Positions 61,442 to 64,000 of a DNA stretch of 64,000 bases are shown piece after piece. The notes under the pieces are model-generated. The model worked only from the letters and a program-made list of their open reading frames with translations. It ran no database searches and was not told the DNA's origin. This stretch comes from Chrysomallon squamiferum. Its lineage: Eukaryota; Animalia; Mollusca. How positions within the stretch are numbered: the first letter of the stretch is position 1; each line of letters begins with the position of its first letter. Made by a program: the position numbers and the translations under genes. The stretch is taken from assembly GCA_012295275.1 (NCBI GenBank), contig CM022677.1, positions 16,058,001-16,122,000 on the forward strand. Reading direction: 5' to 3'.

Positions 61442-62334
61442 GTCGGTATACACACACACATACGTATAAACATACACACACACACACATAAACACACACA
61501 CATAAATAGGGAGACAGAGAAAAACAGAGTTTCGAGAAAAATAAAAAATATCAGTGCTATAATGAAAGCATAAAAAAGGTAAATAGAAGAAAATAAAGAT
61601 TAACAAACATTATACAAATGAACGATAAACACGCAAACACACACACATATAGTTTTAAAAAATGTTTCGATTGCTAAGGTTTGGAAATTACCTTGAAACA
61701 CAATGTGTCTGCAGTCGTGATTTGATCTAACGACTGTAATATTTCCACACAACAATTCTATTCATTTTACAACTTCAAACACTTAGATTTATTACCAAAC
61801 AACACACTGCTGTACGCTTCCAGCATTCCGTTCACTCAATAAAATCGAGAAACAGATCTTCGATCGACAAAATCCTCATCGACTGATTTTTACCCATCAA
61901 ACAATAAATCTTCGATCTTACTGTCAATCGAATCTACTAACGATAAGATGCTTGTAAATACGTCTTTTTGTTTCTTTTTGCAAAATGTAGAGGGATATTT
62001 AGATATAAATAATCATTTATTCTTTACAAAAGACCAGACATTTATATCCGGAAATGAGCTGGACTGGATAGGTTTTTTTGTGTTTTTTTTTGAAGAAATA
62101 CAATCTGTCTTCAGGTGATAATCGAGTGAAGACAGATTTTGAATGAAGAGACCGGATATTCTTCGCTTTGATGTCAAACGGACATTCTATTTTGATTGAT
62201 TTGTTTGGGTTAGTTCTGTCGTTATTGTTTTTCGTTGGCTAGGTGTAAAACATCAGCAGACGCAGTGTTTATACGAAAGGCTGCGACTCAGTCAGAAGAA
62301 TCAGTAATATTCTTAAAGGGTCCTTCAGTTTTTA

Positions 62335-62766
62335 ATATTATTATTGTTCTTCTTTTTCTTCTTCTTCTTCTTCTTATTTTATTATTGATGTTGTTAGTTC
62401 GTTGTTATTGTTATTATTATTATCATTATTGTTTTGTTCTTACTATTTTTATTGTTAATGTTATTATCATTATTATTATTGTTGTTGTGATTATCATTAT
62501 TATTATTATTATTGTTGTTGTTGTTATGGCTACAGTTATTGTTATTATTATCATTGTTATTATTGTTAATGTCATTATTGTTGTTGTTGTTATTATAATT
62601 ATAATTATCATTCATTTTATTATTATTATTATTATTATTATAATCATTATTACTATTATTACTATTATTAGTATTATTGTTGTTATTGTTGTTGTTTTTG
62701 TCACTATTATCATCATCATCGTCATTATTATCATTATTATAGTAATTATTATTATTATTATTATTA
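62335..62766. repeat. (TTA/TTG/TCA)n trinucleotide low-complexity tract
   Basis: Representative of many similar tracts across the window. Confidence 0.9.
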
Positions 62767-63580
62767 CTTTGCTGAGGCAATCTTGCCTACTGTGCAGTGT
62801 GGTTGGAGTCAAACATTGAAACAGTTGAAAGTTCAGGGGCTCAGCAAGGGTTAATATAACACTGTCAGGCAGTCAAAACAAACACATTTTTAAAATGTAC
62901 TAAAACAAAGAATGAAGCAGTATAGCTGTTATAGACTTTGTTTCTGTTTAATTATTATAATTGGATAAACTGTTTAAACTTGTTTGTATTTGTAACACTA
63001 ACGAGTGTCTGTGCTTGTGTTAAAATGTTAAATTGTTAGTTAGAGAAAACGAAAATGTACGGTCAATATGGTTAGAAGGTTAGTAATAGAAAACAGTTAT
63101 CTTGCAAGAAGCATCTGTGTTCTGTGAAGCGTGAATATAAAGAAAGGAGAATTGATAACGTAGAAGCCTTTGTTTTAGGTAATTGTAGTATTGGTATATT
63201 AGTTTTATTATTTATAGAAAAGAATGTGATCTTACATTTCAAAAGACGTTTTCATAGAAATATAATGCTAAATTGGTTAGAAAGTTATTTAAAGAAAATA
63301 ATATCGTGCAAAGAGGGGTTTCTATTTTCTATAAAGATATCATTAACATGTTATATTTATAAGGTCACATTTATAAAAAGAAAAGATAACTTATGAATTA
63401 GCCTTTGTTTGCTGTTCAGATAATGATATAAGGTATGATATTCTAAGGCTGGAATCCTCATGTTATATCAGGGAAATTTTAGTGTGTTAGAATGACCGAG
63501 AGAAAGAAGATGGCAATAATATACATTGTCAGTTCCAACCAGTATTATAACCCAGACAGAGAGACACACAGAGAGAGAAT

Positions 63581-63704
<124 letters not shown>

Positions 63705-63713
63705 GAGAGAGAT

Positions 63714-63794
<81 letters not shown>

Positions 63795-64000
63795 TGGAGA
63801 TAGAGAAAGGGAGAGGGAGAGAGGAAAGACATCAATAATGAATTAAAAAGTGAAAAAGGACGTAGACAGACAAGCGACTAACACAATCAAAAGGTATGAG
63901 AAAAAGAAACGGCGATAAAGATAATAATAACAATCTTGACGACAGCAATACCAAACATAGATCTCAAAGTCTAATACCAATTAATCCTAAATTCAAATAA

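Overview
AT-rich, extremely microsatellite-dense eukaryotic (metazoan invertebrate-like) genomic DNA. Nearly all listed ORFs are artefacts of simple repeats. The one well-supported gene is on the + strand: the 5' part of a natriuretic-peptide-receptor-like / receptor guanylyl cyclase gene. Three coding exons (21654-21957, 40158-40363, 41079-41283) have canonical GT-AG sites and matching phases. They splice into 238 codons encoding a signal peptide and the N-terminal part of an ANF_receptor ligand-binding domain. I found no fourth exon, so the gene probably continues beyond the window. Non-coding structure includes a 218-bp ~97%-identical inverted repeat pair (14407-14624 / 28843-29060) bracketing coding exon 1, three uORFs in frame with the main ATG, and an unexplained exon-like island at 13.5-13.8 kb. 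There are also several minisatellites (19, 20 and 22 bp), an old dispersed repeat with a hairpin, a convergent pair of CTCF-like motifs, intronic promoter-like islands, eight perfect CRE palindromes and a 67-bp perfect microsatellite hairpin. There are no CRISPR arrays, RNA genes or transposase ORFs. I cannot demonstrate a novel biological system from sequence alone; the findings are testable hypotheses.
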